Source: Nitrosopumilus sp. (GTDB lineage: Archaea > Thermoproteota > Nitrososphaeria > Nitrososphaerales > Nitrosopumilaceae). From it: a stretch of 64,000 nt of DNA. Position numbers and translations under genes: made by a program. A model generated the notes under the pieces. That model saw nothing but the letters and a program-made list of their open reading frames with translations. It made no database searches and was not told the DNA's origin. Location of the stretch: contig OZ241857.1 of NCBI GenBank assembly GCA_965203315.1, positions 1 to 64,000 of the forward strand. The letters run 5' to 3'. The stretch's first letter is position 1. Each line of letters begins with the position of its first letter. Positions 52,489 to 63,683 of the stretch are shown in pieces.

Positions 52489-54030
52489 GGAGTTCATGCG
52501 AAAGTCATTTTCAGGCACATATGATGTGTGATGGGTCAAATCTGACTAAATTCTCCGAGTTATTGCGGGTTTCGTGTATGTGAGGAGGAGTAAAAAATTA
52601 ACCAAAAATAGAATACGCAACAAGACAATTTTTTAAGACACTCTATGGTAAATACCAATTTGAATAAACAAGAGTATGGCTAACTCGAACAAGGAACTAG
52701 TGCTTGAACAACGACTCAAAGCAGCCGAAGAACGTGCAGATATAGCAGAAGAACAGCTCAAAGCAGCAAAAAAAGAACTCGAGCTCCCTCCATGTAAGAA
52801 TATCCTTAGCAATGAAAAGACTCTATGGGAGCATACAAAGCTGGATTTTGACATGTTTAACTTTTTGCTCGGCCTGTTTATAGAATGGATACCGGCAGCA
52901 GATGTTCACAGACAGTTTCGTAATGTTCTCATAGTACGTGGAAGAATATCCAAACTAACTCCCGAGTATGCCATGCTCTTGGCAATTCTGAGACTGGTAA
53001 GTGGTCACAGTCAATGCCATCTTGCCAGTAGATTTGGTATAGATCAGAGTAATGTGTCCCGGTACTGTACATACATGAATCAGTTTTTTCAGAGTTTGGG
53101 TTTTTCGCCAGACGAGTTGGCAAATGCGATAAGTAAATGCAAGACAAAGAAAGAGCTTGCAAAATGGGTAAAGGATCACACATTCTTGTTCGATGGATCA
53201 CACACTCGTGTTCCAACACCCGTAGATAGAGAGATACGCAATGACTACAAATCAGGCAAAAAAAAAGATGCATACGGTAAATACGCTATTGATGTGTACA
53301 AAAGAGAGACTGATAGTACATGTGTCTCCTACGTTTCCTGGTAAGACACATGATTTCAGCATATTCAAAGAGCTCAAACTGAATCTTGGCAAGTGGTCCA
53401 TGTCGTTAACAGATCCAAACACTCCACTTCGCCAAAGACTGTACATTCTAGTAGATCTGGGATTCCTAGGGATTCGAGATATCTTTGTAGGTGCCAAGAT
53501 AGGCATAAAATACAAGAAACCCAAAGGTGGGCAACTCACAAAAGAACAAGAGATATACAACAAAAAGATAGACAGTGAACGCGCCACAGTAGAACACGTA
53601 GTTGGATGTGTAAAGCAGTTTAAACTCTTGTTCAACATGTTCCGAGGAGATGACGACCAATACAACGATGCCTTCAAGATGGCATCTACACTGGTCAACT
53701 ATCACGTTCTTTGGGATCATGAACACGGCAGACCTAGTCCTAGATTAGAAGAGCTTGTTGCAGCATGGAGAGTAAAGATAAACCGTAAAAAACAGGCTAA
53801 ACTAAAAAAGATGAAATTATCTCACCGCATAGTTGCGTAAATAATACGCACCAACATTGTGATTTATAGAATGATATTGTAAGATATCAAGGTATAATTC
53901 ACTGTTTTGACTCTGCGTACATGCATAATCGTACAATTCCACAGATCACAAACCTGAGATCACTTTATAATTTGGAATGTCTTTGTTGCTAGATGTCCAG
54001 AGTCTTCAAAACGACTTTCGCATGAACTCC
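52489..54030 (+). mobile_element. IS5-family (ISL2/Harbinger-like, DDE_Tnp_4) insertion sequence, 1542 bp
   Basis: 18-bp perfect TIR GGAGTTCATGCGAAAGTC; flanked by ACACA on both sides (TSD of 3 or 5 bp). Confidence 0.92.
52676..53840 (+). pseudogene. DDE transposase split by a frameshift at A9 (53258-53266)
   Basis: HTH (LASRFGIDQSNVSR), FDGSH, SGKKK in ORF1; HD, VDLGF, R..VEH in ORF2; removing one A fuses them. Confidence 0.88.
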
Positions 54031-54491
54031 ACACATTTGCATCTAGTTTGTATTGCATTCTAATCCTGTTGCTAAAAATATGCATATTTTAATAAACTAT
54101 GTGTCTATTATTCACATTCGTTAATAATCGAATGTTATGCCTATTTTTTAACCATGTTTGGACAAAATTTAGAACGTATGTTTGGATATGTTGTGGACTA
54201 TACGTCTGCTGCCGAGTCGGTGACTAGTTTACACAATGCAACACAGACGCAAGTATGATGTCTAAGATATCTGTGATTACTCTAGTACGTGTAGCATGGA
54301 ATTTGTTGTGACGATGTATGTATCTTTGATTAGAACTAGATATGTTGTAATTATCTCAATGGTTCTATACCTTGTAATTAAAACGTCTTAAATGAACTCC
54401 TAGCCCTATCAATCTACTGTGTATTTTTTTGCCCTTTTGTCAATTTGTAGTCACTAGACTACTTTAACAAACTCTATTACCACAAATTATC

Positions 54492-55298
54492 GTGGCAAAA
54501 AAGTACAACTCTCCGATAGAGTATAAGTTGAGAAAGATACCCATAGAAAGCGTCCATGTCTGGAGCGATGCCCAAGCAAGAAAGCTTGATCGAGAAGGAA
54601 TTACCGAACTCGCACGTTCGATAAAGGCAGATGGTCTACAAAACCCTCCAATGGTACAACGCGATGGTCGAAATCGCTATCTGTTGATGTCTGGACAACG
54701 AAGACTCGCGGCTCTAAAACGACTTGGTGCAAAAATTATACCCGCGTTGGTATTGACGAATGCAACGAAGCATGATCTCAAAGGAGCAAGAGCTGCGTCT
54801 GTAGTCGAGAACCTTCACCGAAACAAGATGAGTACTAAAGATATGACTAGTGCATGTCTATCTCTCACTGAAGATCTCGGCAAAACGAAAGCAGCAAAGT
54901 ATCTGGGCATATCTACGCCTACGCTCAACAAGTACCTGGGATTTGCGGCCGTTCCTGAAAAGCTGAAGCGCTTTGTCCCAAAAGAGTTATCGCGCGACGA
55001 TGCAGTTAGACTCTATCAGGCTACACCAACAATAGCTCGTGCTGAAAAGATCGCAGCAAAGATAATTCCACTAGATAGGAAACTACGTCGTGAGTATCTT
55101 AAAGCACTACTGCGAACTCCGAACGCAACGCATCAGAAACTACTCAAAAAAGCAAAGGCTCGAACACTTCAAAGACGTCTAGTCCTAACACTAAACAAGA
55201 CAAACGCGACGAAACTCAAGAGACTTGCTGATAGACGTGATCTTGATGTACTAGATACAGCAACTAAAATCCTAGCAGATTATCTACGAAAACACTAG
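54492..55298 (+). CDS. ParB/Srx N-terminal domain protein with HTH
   Basis: LARSI...GLQNP, SGQRRL.A, SVVENLHR. Confidence 0.88.
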   Translation: MAKKYNSPIEYKLRKIPIESVHVWSDAQARKLDREGITELARSIKADGLQNPPMVQRDGRNRYLLMSGQRRLAALKRLGAKIIPALVLTNATKHDLKGARAASVVENLHRNKMSTKDMTSACLSLTEDLGKTKAAKYLGISTPTLNKYLGFAAVPEKLKRFVPKELSRDDAVRLYQATPTIARAEKIAAKIIPLDRKLRREYLKALLRTPNATHQKLLKKAKARTLQRRLVLTLNKTNATKLKRLADRRDLDVLDTATKILADYLRKH

Positions 55299-55413
55299 AT
55301 GCATCAAACTCTTTTTTTAGATATCATGTTGACGAGTCTATCTCGCGCCTAAATACAATTCTCTAATATTATCTATAACGCTTTAAATTATGAATCTATC
55401 TCGTGTCATAGTG

Positions 55414-56745
55414 ATGCAATCTGCGGCATATCTCAAATGTATAGATCCACAGTGTGGTCTAGAATATCCTATATCTGTTACACAAGTACAATGTACAGCT
55501 GGACACCTGCTTGATGTTATGTATGCTGACACTCCATCTACAAAACTCAAAGAGAGATTTTACCAACGTCGTAACCATCGCGGCAGTATATTCAACGAGA
55601 GTGGTGTGTGGAGATTTCGTGAACTATTGAATTTTCCTCAGATAGATACAGAAGATATTCACTCTTGTGCCAAGTACCTGGTATCTCTTGATGGTGCTGA
55701 AGGCAGACAGTCTAAGCCCTATCATATGTCCAAAGTAGCCGAGTTTGTCGGTATTGACAATTACCATTTGTGGTTACAACCAGAGGGATACAATCCTAGT
55801 GGATCGTTTAAAGATAACGGAATGGTTACGGCAGTGACTCATGCAAAGATGGTCTCTGCAACAAAGATCGTCTGTGCATCGACTGGAAACACATCTGCGT
55901 CAGCTGGCATGTTTGCAGCAAATGAAGGCATAAAATGTGATGTGTACATTCCTGCAGGACAGATTGCACCTGGGAAACTCAGTCAAGCATATCAATTTGG
56001 CGCACAGATAGTAGAAGTCAATGGCAACTTTGATGATGCATTAAAACAATCTCTAGACGAAGCAAATAGACATGGCGGTTATACAGTAAACTCGATAAAT
56101 CCATTCCGAATTGAGGGTCAAAAGACTATACCGTTCAGAGCATTGGAGCATCTTGAATGGGAACCACCTGACTGGATCGTATACCCTGGCGGCGCGTTGG
56201 GAAACACATCTAGTTGTGGCAAGGCTCTCATCGAACTATACAAGTGGGGCTGGATCAAAAAGATTCCACGAATAGCAGTGATCAACGCAGAGGGTGCGAG
56301 CACACTGTATGATCTATGTGGTGGTCAAGGAGAGAAGAGACTAGAGTGGAATAACGGAAAACCTGATACTGATATGATATCTGAATACTATAAACAACTC
56401 GCTGCAGAGGGTCGGCTACCAAAGACCAAAGCTACCGCAATTCAGATAGGCAAGCCAGCAAACATTCTCAAAGGTTTACGTGCATTGGACTTTACAGATG
56501 GTGTTGTAACTACAGTATCTGATGCAGAGATGTTGGATGGCATGGCTGTAGTTGGCCTAAACGGATTTGACTGCGAGATGGCGTCTGGGGCAACTGTGGC
56601 AGGTATACGCAAGCTCGTATCTGACGAAGTGATAAAATCTGACGACACTGTTGTTGGTATACTTACTGGTCGCCAAAAAGACGCAATGATTCCAGTAGAG
56701 TACCATCGTGACTCTAGTAACCGATTTGCACGACCACCTGTGTGA
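55414..56745 (+). CDS. thrC: Threonine synthase
   Basis: NPSGSFKD, CASTGNTSAS, NSINPFRIEGQKT. Confidence 0.93.
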   Translation: MQSAAYLKCIDPQCGLEYPISVTQVQCTAGHLLDVMYADTPSTKLKERFYQRRNHRGSIFNESGVWRFRELLNFPQIDTEDIHSCAKYLVSLDGAEGRQSKPYHMSKVAEFVGIDNYHLWLQPEGYNPSGSFKDNGMVTAVTHAKMVSATKIVCASTGNTSASAGMFAANEGIKCDVYIPAGQIAPGKLSQAYQFGAQIVEVNGNFDDALKQSLDEANRHGGYTVNSINPFRIEGQKTIPFRALEHLEWEPPDWIVYPGGALGNTSSCGKALIELYKWGWIKKIPRIAVINAEGASTLYDLCGGQGEKRLEWNNGKPDTDMISEYYKQLAAEGRLPKTKATAIQIGKPANILKGLRALDFTDGVVTTVSDAEMLDGMAVVGLNGFDCEMASGATVAGIRKLVSDEVIKSDDTVVGILTGRQKDAMIPVEYHRDSSNRFARPPV

Positions 56746-57032
56746 TGTCGTACTCTTCTACTTTGTCTATAGTTTGCTCACTTATTGTGTATGTCTTTGT
56801 TATGAAATTACATTGACACATCATAGTTCCAAAAGCTAGAGTTGTTATAGAAAACATCTTGATCTGATGTCTCGACCGCATCGTAATATACATCATATCA
56901 AGATGAACAGCACCTCTCGTCTAGATTATGAATTCTCTTGACATTGAGCCAATTGTAAACATGTTCTTTAAGATTCTATGTGGCTAGTTGTCAGGCAGCG
57001 AGTTTACGTGATTGATTCTCTCATTCTATTAT

Positions 57033-57172
57033 AGACTGTATGCATATTTCTTATATCTTACGCACATTTAACGTACAATAAAACACAGGCGTAATTTCTA
57101 AGGGCAAATTGATTCATTGTTGTCATGTTTGATGATTGGACATGGGCACTCCTAATAATACGCATACCGTCT
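57033..57172. mobile_element. MITE family B, copy 3 (140 bp)
   Basis: AGACTGTATGCATATT ... AATACGCATACCGTCT; TSD TAT. Confidence 0.9.
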
Positions 57173-57411
57173 TATGTTGTTACTGCACGGTAAGAGTGTG
57201 TTGTTCTCCGATATTCATCCTGTAGACTCTGGACCGATCAAGATATTTGGATTCGATAAATGACTAGTATTGTATGTGATTTGTGGTAAGGCATATTGTC
57301 ACTTGCGTGTGTGAGGAAAGTGATCTTGTGGTTTTGGCAAGTGATCTCTAGGCAGAGATCGAGATAGTCTAGATCGCATATATATTATATGTGTCTGTGT
57401 ATATTGTGCTC

Positions 57412-57882
57412 ATGAATAAACGACTACCAAATAGAGCTTGGTTTTATTTCAGAATGGGTTGGAGTACATACCTGGTGTTCCTGTTTGCTGCTATCAATAC
57501 GCTAGTTGTCACATATTATTTAGCAATAGAAAAGATACCTGCACTCGCGTCGATATTTCCGTCGTTTACACACTATGCAAGTATTGCTGTGATTATTGTA
57601 ATACCATTATCTGTCGCGATCGGTTATGTACATTTTAAACGAAGTCTAATCTTTTCATCAGAGGTTGACGTACATGCAGAATCAAACCCGTACAACTTTA
57701 AACTTGTACCAGGACACACTATAGAGGTATTTTATCCTATATTGTCTGAGATGGTAGATTTTTTGATCAGAGAGTATGAACAGACAGGCAACGCGGACAA
57801 GGTCAAGAGACTAAAAGCTCTGCAAGAGAAGGCTAACACATTGATCAGTGGTGGAACTGTAGGTACTAGTAGAACATTCTAA
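57412..57882 (+). CDS. Hypothetical two-TM membrane protein
   Basis: Two hydrophobic segments followed by a helical tail. Confidence 0.75.
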   Translation: MNKRLPNRAWFYFRMGWSTYLVFLFAAINTLVVTYYLAIEKIPALASIFPSFTHYASIAVIIVIPLSVAIGYVHFKRSLIFSSEVDVHAESNPYNFKLVPGHTIEVFYPILSEMVDFLIREYEQTGNADKVKRLKALQEKANTLISGGTVGTSRTF

Positions 57883-57962
57883 GTCTTAACCATGAATATG
57901 ATCTTGATCTAATCCAATCCATTGTTGTTTTAGTCAAGATGTATGGCTTTGGTCGAATGATG

Positions 57963-59213
57963 TTATTGAATCTTTTCTATGCGTATCTTTTGTGGAATAC
58001 GTTTAACTACCTTTTCGACTATGATGCGCAGTTCTCCAATCACGATCTTGTCGCCTTCTTGTGGAATGTCTTGAAGGCGTTCGTGTAACAGACCATTCAG
58101 AGACGCATAGTCATCCCCTTCAGGAATCCGTGTATCAAATATAGAATTTATCTCATCGATCTCGATATCGCCATTGGTTACGATTGTATCTCGACCGATC
58201 TTTTCGTATCTCGACGATGGAATGGCATCCGTCTCGTCTTCGATCTCACCTACGATCTCTTCTAGCAGATCCTCAAGTGTCACCAATCCCTCTACTCCAC
58301 CATGTTCGTCAACCACAATCGCCATGTGCGTCTTGCGACCTTTCATCTCTTTGAGTAAAGAGCTGACCATCTTTTCTTGTGATGCGAATACGGGTTTTCG
58401 CGCAATCTGCTCTAACGTAACGACTCGATTATCGTGCTCCAACTCTTTTAGAACGTCACGTGCATGGACAAATCCGACAATGTCGTCACGATTATTTCGA
58501 TATATTGGGATGCGTGAATGTCCACTCTGATTTATTTGCGGTAGTGCTTCAAACAATAACATCTTTGCATTTAGTGTAAACATTTTTGTTCTCGGTGTCA
58601 TCACAGATCGTATTACGGTATCATCAAACTTTAGCGCACCGTGAAGTAACTCCATCTCTTCACGCTCTATTGCTTTATCCTCCATGCCTTGATCAACAAC
58701 TCCTTTGATCTCTTCCTCTGTAATGGGTGGAGGGAGATAGTCACTTCCTGTGAGTTTTACCACGCCCTTTGTAATCACTTCAAAGAATTTGACTACCGGA
58801 TAGAATACATAACTAAACGTCAAGAGAACCGGCGCAAAGCGAAGTGCAATCTTTGTAGAGTTTGCATTACAGTATGTCTTTGGGGTAATCTCTCCAAATA
58901 CCAATATTAGAAACGTCATTATTCCTATTGCTATACCCAATCCATCAGATCCAAATATGCGTAGAGAGACACTGGTTGCCAGAGCTGACGCCCCCACGTT
59001 GACTAGATTGTTACCTAGATTAACACTGGCCATCATCCAGCTAGGGTTCGTCTTTAATTTGTGTAGTGCCTTGGAGCCCTTTCTTTTTTCGTCGAGTAGC
59101 TGGATTACTTTTGATTTGCGCACACCAACTAGTGCTACCTCTAGACCACTAAAGAACCCAGATAGTCCTATCAATACAGATAGGGCTAGCATCTCGACCC
59201 ACAGTTCTACCAT
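57963..59213 (-). CDS. CNNM/CorB-type (DUF21 + 2 CBS + CorC) metal transporter, 'hemolysin' family
   Basis: SGFFSG.E.A, LVFGEITPK, VMTPR, VDEHGG..GLVTLEDLLEEIVGEI.DE. Confidence 0.92.
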   Translation of the reverse strand: MVELWVEMLALSVLIGLSGFFSGLEVALVGVRKSKVIQLLDEKRKGSKALHKLKTNPSWMMASVNLGNNLVNVGASALATSVSLRIFGSDGLGIAIGIMTFLILVFGEITPKTYCNANSTKIALRFAPVLLTFSYVFYPVVKFFEVITKGVVKLTGSDYLPPPITEEEIKGVVDQGMEDKAIEREEMELLHGALKFDDTVIRSVMTPRTKMFTLNAKMLLFEALPQINQSGHSRIPIYRNNRDDIVGFVHARDVLKELEHDNRVVTLEQIARKPVFASQEKMVSSLLKEMKGRKTHMAIVVDEHGGVEGLVTLEDLLEEIVGEIEDETDAIPSSRYEKIGRDTIVTNGDIEIDEINSIFDTRIPEGDDYASLNGLLHERLQDIPQEGDKIVIGELRIIVEKVVKRIPQKIRIEKIQ

Positions 59214-59603
59214 GATTCTCCTCCGAAGAATTCAGAATGGATTTCATTCATTTAGTATATTTGCACCATCTCTTTGGTAGTGTTTGTTAGAAATAACTTG
59301 AATTTAAGGATTAATATTCAAAGCTCGTAATGTGGGATCCGGAAAGTAGTTCGCCCCTAGTTTGATGTGGTATTCTTTTACGCGTCATCGATTTCTACTC
59401 TTGGCGATTGTTTGCTGATAGACGCTATCATAATGTAAAGTGACTGATCTGTACCTTTTGATTCATAAGGATTTGATCATGCTATTTGTGTCAAAACTTG
59501 TGTCCGTTGGTATATTCAACTTTTCATATCTTTGAAGACGTTTTTGACTAGACTCGGAACTTACGCCCTTGACTAAGGGGTGAATGTTTTTTGTACTAGA
59601 AAT

Positions 59604-60647
59604 TCAGACTTTTGCAAAATGAGATTCGAGTTTGTGTTTCTTTTCACGCATATGGAATATAGACTCTGTATGTACTACTGCATCAGTATATGATCTACCA
59701 TACAACATTGCTTGAAGCAGCATATGGTTCTCTGGAATAACAATTCCTGTCTGGTCGTCAGAGTACATCATTTGAAGCGTATCTCCAATCCTTCTAGTCA
59801 TGTTTGCATGTATGTGGATCATGTTTGTATCTGTAAAATTAAATCCCATCGTACTTGCATACTCTCGAATCTCTCTAGTACCTTTTGCTGTCCACAGTAC
59901 AGCTACTCCTAGCTCATCTGCAAAGAGATCGTGAACTTTGGATAGTTCTACAACCACATCACGAAAACGAATATCCATTATGTGTAGATGCATCTGTCTG
60001 GTAGGTACCTTTATTGCACGAACGTACAATGGAGCATCTCTCCCAAAGTATCTCTTTACGTCGTCTCCATGATGTGGTGATTCAGTCAACTCTATGGTGT
60101 CTGGAACATCTTTTGCTTGCTCGATATCGGCCCAACGCCTCACCAAGGTTACATCAAATCGTACCAGTCTGTCTCCAAACTTTGCACGTAGCGGTTCTAG
60201 GACTCGACCCATACCCGTAACGTTACAACTACCTTGCATCACATGTTCTCTGTCTATCGCCTGTTCGTAGTTTGATCTAGAGTTGAAGATGATATCAGAT
60301 ACTGCTGTAGATCCAACCACAGACTCGCCTCCTTGATATATCGCACATATGCCTCTCGGTTCGTAGAGTTCTCTCTTGTTCTTGTAACCACAACCCCCGG
60401 GTGAAGCATCGATCACTAGATCACAATCATTTAGTGCAGATTCGATCGTCCCAGAGATATCATATTCTGCAAAATCACCCAATATCTCTTGTGGTACATA
60501 GACATCGAGACCTCTGGATCGTGGCACATCTATATTATTTCTAGAGTGTTTACCTACCCCGATTATCTTTATCTCTGGATCATCTGACAAGAAGGCTGTG
60601 ATCCTACTGCCGATAGAACCATAACCGTTTACAAAGATCTTTTTCAC
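59604..60647 (-). CDS. gap: Archaeal type II glyceraldehyde-3-phosphate dehydrogenase
   Basis: VNGYGSIG.R, YQGGE, SCNVTG, IVIPEN. Confidence 0.92.
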   Translation of the reverse strand: MKKIFVNGYGSIGSRITAFLSDDPEIKIIGVGKHSRNNIDVPRSRGLDVYVPQEILGDFAEYDISGTIESALNDCDLVIDASPGGCGYKNKRELYEPRGICAIYQGGESVVGSTAVSDIIFNSRSNYEQAIDREHVMQGSCNVTGMGRVLEPLRAKFGDRLVRFDVTLVRRWADIEQAKDVPDTIELTESPHHGDDVKRYFGRDAPLYVRAIKVPTRQMHLHIMDIRFRDVVVELSKVHDLFADELGVAVLWTAKGTREIREYASTMGFNFTDTNMIHIHANMTRRIGDTLQMMYSDDQTGIVIPENHMLLQAMLYGRSYTDAVVHTESIFHMREKKHKLESHFAKV

Positions 60648-61075
60648 GTAAAACTAGCAATATTCATCATTTATTTAAATTCATATTGCCTCTTATTTGC
60701 TGGTGTGCTTTGTATTCTAGTTGATACTAGAACACACTGATGCTTATCGTACATGGTTTAGTATATTCTGATCTCTAGACACTTCACATGTTTGCATTGG
60801 TATTGAATATTCGAGACTGTTGGAGTGGTGACAACATTTGACTCTATAGTCACGAACGGAATTGTTTTCCTGTTTACTTCCACACATGTGTGGTCAGAGA
60901 CGGAATTTACCTCTGGCAGAACATATGACACTAAATTGTGATACTAAGCACTAGGAAAATTATTATGTTAATGACTATTCGATGGTTTACTCGTGGTTGG
61001 AACATAAATCGAAAAGTCATCTCTAGTATGAGCAATCGAAAAGGACTAAATTTGTTGATATTGATAAAAATCTCA

Positions 61076-61744
61076 ATGAATAGGTACTTGTTATCGGCGC
61101 TGATTATGGTGCCCGTCGTGATGTTCTTTGTAGGGACAGGAGGTTTTCCTCTATACGAAGAGTCTAAAACAGAGGTTTCTACAGTCACAAATCCTATTAC
61201 GACTCTATTGTTAAATAACGGTTCGCCATTTTTGGGTGATTCTAGCGCGCCTATAACTCTGGTCGAGTTTGGTGATTATCAGTGCCACTTTTGTAATGTC
61301 TTTTTTCACACTACTAAGGATATACTCTTTGAAGAATATATTGAGACAGGAAAAGTCAAGATGATCTTCAAAGACTATAATATAATCGGGCCAGATTCTA
61401 TAACTGCGTCACATGCTGCGCACTGCGCTAATGATCAAGGTCTTTTTTGGGAATATCATGATGTGCTGTACTCGAACTGGACTGGTGAGAACAACGGTTG
61501 GGCATCTTTTGAGAATCTAGTCGTCTTTGCGGAAGAGATTGGACTAGATATGCAAGAGTGGCGACAGTGTATGGCGGACAAACCGCATGCCGATATCATC
61601 ACAGCTAGCAATCAAGACGCGAGAGCGTTGAGCCTTACGGGGACGCCTGCGTTCTTTGTAATAGGTCCTGATGGCGACCACACAAAAATCCATGGAGCGC
61701 AACCCTTTGAGGTATTTGAACGAGTCTTTGACAGTTATACTTGA
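61076..61744 (+). CDS. DsbA-family thioredoxin-fold protein
   Basis: N-terminal anchor, EFGDYQCHFC, GTPAFF, GAQP. Confidence 0.9.
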   Translation: MNRYLLSALIMVPVVMFFVGTGGFPLYEESKTEVSTVTNPITTLLLNNGSPFLGDSSAPITLVEFGDYQCHFCNVFFHTTKDILFEEYIETGKVKMIFKDYNIIGPDSITASHAAHCANDQGLFWEYHDVLYSNWTGENNGWASFENLVVFAEEIGLDMQEWRQCMADKPHADIITASNQDARALSLTGTPAFFVIGPDGDHTKIHGAQPFEVFERVFDSYT

Positions 61745-61917
61745 TGATTCATTGATCTATAATCACCTGCCATGAGATTTCCAATAATTTCCAATTTTCT
61801 ACAAAATTTCGTGAATTCTATGATGATATACGCTAAATTTTGTAGCATTGTATTTAAACCATGAAATATGTGACTTTTTAGTCTAGTGTTGTGCTATCAT
61901 AAATTCAAAACATCTTG

Positions 61918-63634
61918 GTAAGCGGTTAGGCTGACAACGATTCTTGCTGTGTGTTGAGCATTTAGGATATTGATGGATTATTTACATGACATACGAACTT
62001 ACTATCTAGTACGTCTCTTCAGCAGCCTTTGCCGTGAGAATTCTCAACAATTCGTCTCTAATGCTCAGCCCACGTTTACGACATGTAAAGAAGAACGTAA
62101 ACAAGATAGACCACGCATCCATGCCGCGCTGCGATGTAAAGTGCAGCGAAATGTTGCGATGTATTGCAATTGGCCGCATGTACAGTTCTGTCTCGTTGTT
62201 CGTGGGATCCATTCCAGGATGGTTCACGAATGTAAAGAGATTGGGAGCAGCATTACGCAGCGTCGTCGCAAATTTCTTGTTGCCGAGCTTTTCGTGCTGA
62301 TCTACAACATCTAATACCTGTGCTATTAAATCAGACACATCTCCCGGTGGTCGTCCCTTGGCTATGTGAAATATCTTTTGTAGTCTTTCGTGCAATATTG
62401 TAGTTTCATGGCAATATAGGGCAGTCTTCATTGCATGTTTTGAATCGATCAATATGTGTGACCAACATCTCTGCGTGTCATCATCCGTCTCGTAACCGCA
62501 ATATCCATCAACAGTCTTGCATTTGTTTTTAAACGGTTTGAAATATTCATCTAAAACCCTCGATCCTCGTGTATCTGTTACACGAACGAGAACTGCATCA
62601 TCTGTGACACATGTCCACACATATCCACGTTTGCCTGGTACTTTATGTGGCGTTTCGTCAAATTTGACATTTTCAGAACTTTCAGCTGCTTTCCAGATGC
62701 CTGAAACATCGTCTTCTATTGCGTTAACGAGTGCAAATGTAGCGTTGTTTATGGTTGCTTTAGATGGACGGTAATCAAAAAACTCTAATTGTTTTTGAAT
62801 CATTCCTTGTGACATGTTGTTGAATAGTGAAATTCCATGATGGACTAGCATGTTTATGCTCATCTCTGTACCCTTGATCTTGGGAATCTTTTTACTAGTA
62901 TCCCACTCGTATCCGCAACCATTACACGTATGTTTATATCCAACATGCGTATTTATCTCGGTTTTTGGCAGAGGTACATCACGAATCCTACACTGATATG
63001 ATTTGTTGTACGTGATATCTATGCCATGGCAGCCTGGACACGCTGAATCTATGTACGGGACAGTACCTGCTGATTTGTCCGTCTGCGATACTCCTACGTG
63101 ATTCTCTTTTTGGCCTACTTTATTGTAATCCTTTGGATCTATATACGCTGCTATTCTTTCTTGCATTGTAGGTATGCTGTTCTTGGATGATGGATTAAAC
63201 GGACTCTCATAGTATGGCATCTTTTGTTGTAACTCTTGATTCTCTTTTGCGTGTGTACATGTCTCTGGTTCACATTGATCTGAATGACCACCTAGTTGTT
63301 GTTCAAGTTTACGTTCCAGTTCTGCAGTTCGCAGTTCTCCTCGTAATATGACGCCTCCCTGCCATTCAATCATATCTAGTGCAATGCGAATTATCTCGTC
63401 TTTGTCATCGAGTTGTGTATGCAACATTGCGATCTCCTCTCGAAGTATCTTCATCTCTGATTGAGGCATGACATTCATAGTTATGTACTAGTATTTACAC
63501 AGATCAAAAAATAAAGTTGACACAATGGTAAGCCAAACTAAACACTAATTTTTTCTAATCATGCAGATCGACATGAATTGCATACGTTATCTTGCTCAAA
63601 ACACCACAAGATCGTTGTCAGCCTAACCGCTTAC
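61918..63634 (-). mobile_element. IS66-family (single-gene, ISBst12-like) insertion sequence, 1717 bp
   Basis: 24-bp perfect TIR GTAAGCGGTTAGGCTGACAACGAT; perfect 8-bp TSD ACATCTTG (61910-61917 and 63635-63642). Confidence 0.95.
62006..63478 (-). CDS. tnpC: IS66 transposase TnpC
   Basis: Coiled coil, CPGC...C.GC zinc finger, DET, DGY, QRCWSH, PTNN..E. Confidence 0.92.
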   Translation of the reverse strand: MNVMPQSEMKILREEIAMLHTQLDDKDEIIRIALDMIEWQGGVILRGELRTAELERKLEQQLGGHSDQCEPETCTHAKENQELQQKMPYYESPFNPSSKNSIPTMQERIAAYIDPKDYNKVGQKENHVGVSQTDKSAGTVPYIDSACPGCHGIDITYNKSYQCRIRDVPLPKTEINTHVGYKHTCNGCGYEWDTSKKIPKIKGTEMSINMLVHHGISLFNNMSQGMIQKQLEFFDYRPSKATINNATFALVNAIEDDVSGIWKAAESSENVKFDETPHKVPGKRGYVWTCVTDDAVLVRVTDTRGSRVLDEYFKPFKNKCKTVDGYCGYETDDDTQRCWSHILIDSKHAMKTALYCHETTILHERLQKIFHIAKGRPPGDVSDLIAQVLDVVDQHEKLGNKKFATTLRNAAPNLFTFVNHPGMDPTNNETELYMRPIAIHRNISLHFTSQRGMDAWSILFTFFFTCRKRGLSIRDELLRILTAKAAEETY

Positions 63635-63683
63635 ACATCTTGCTTCTAAAGCCTTATTAGTGAATTTTTCAACATTGCAAAAT

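Noticed and set aside
59555-59590. CCCTT-GACT-AAGGG hairpin resembling an IS200/IS605 end
   Set aside because: Single short stem with no tnpA/tnpB and no second end identified.
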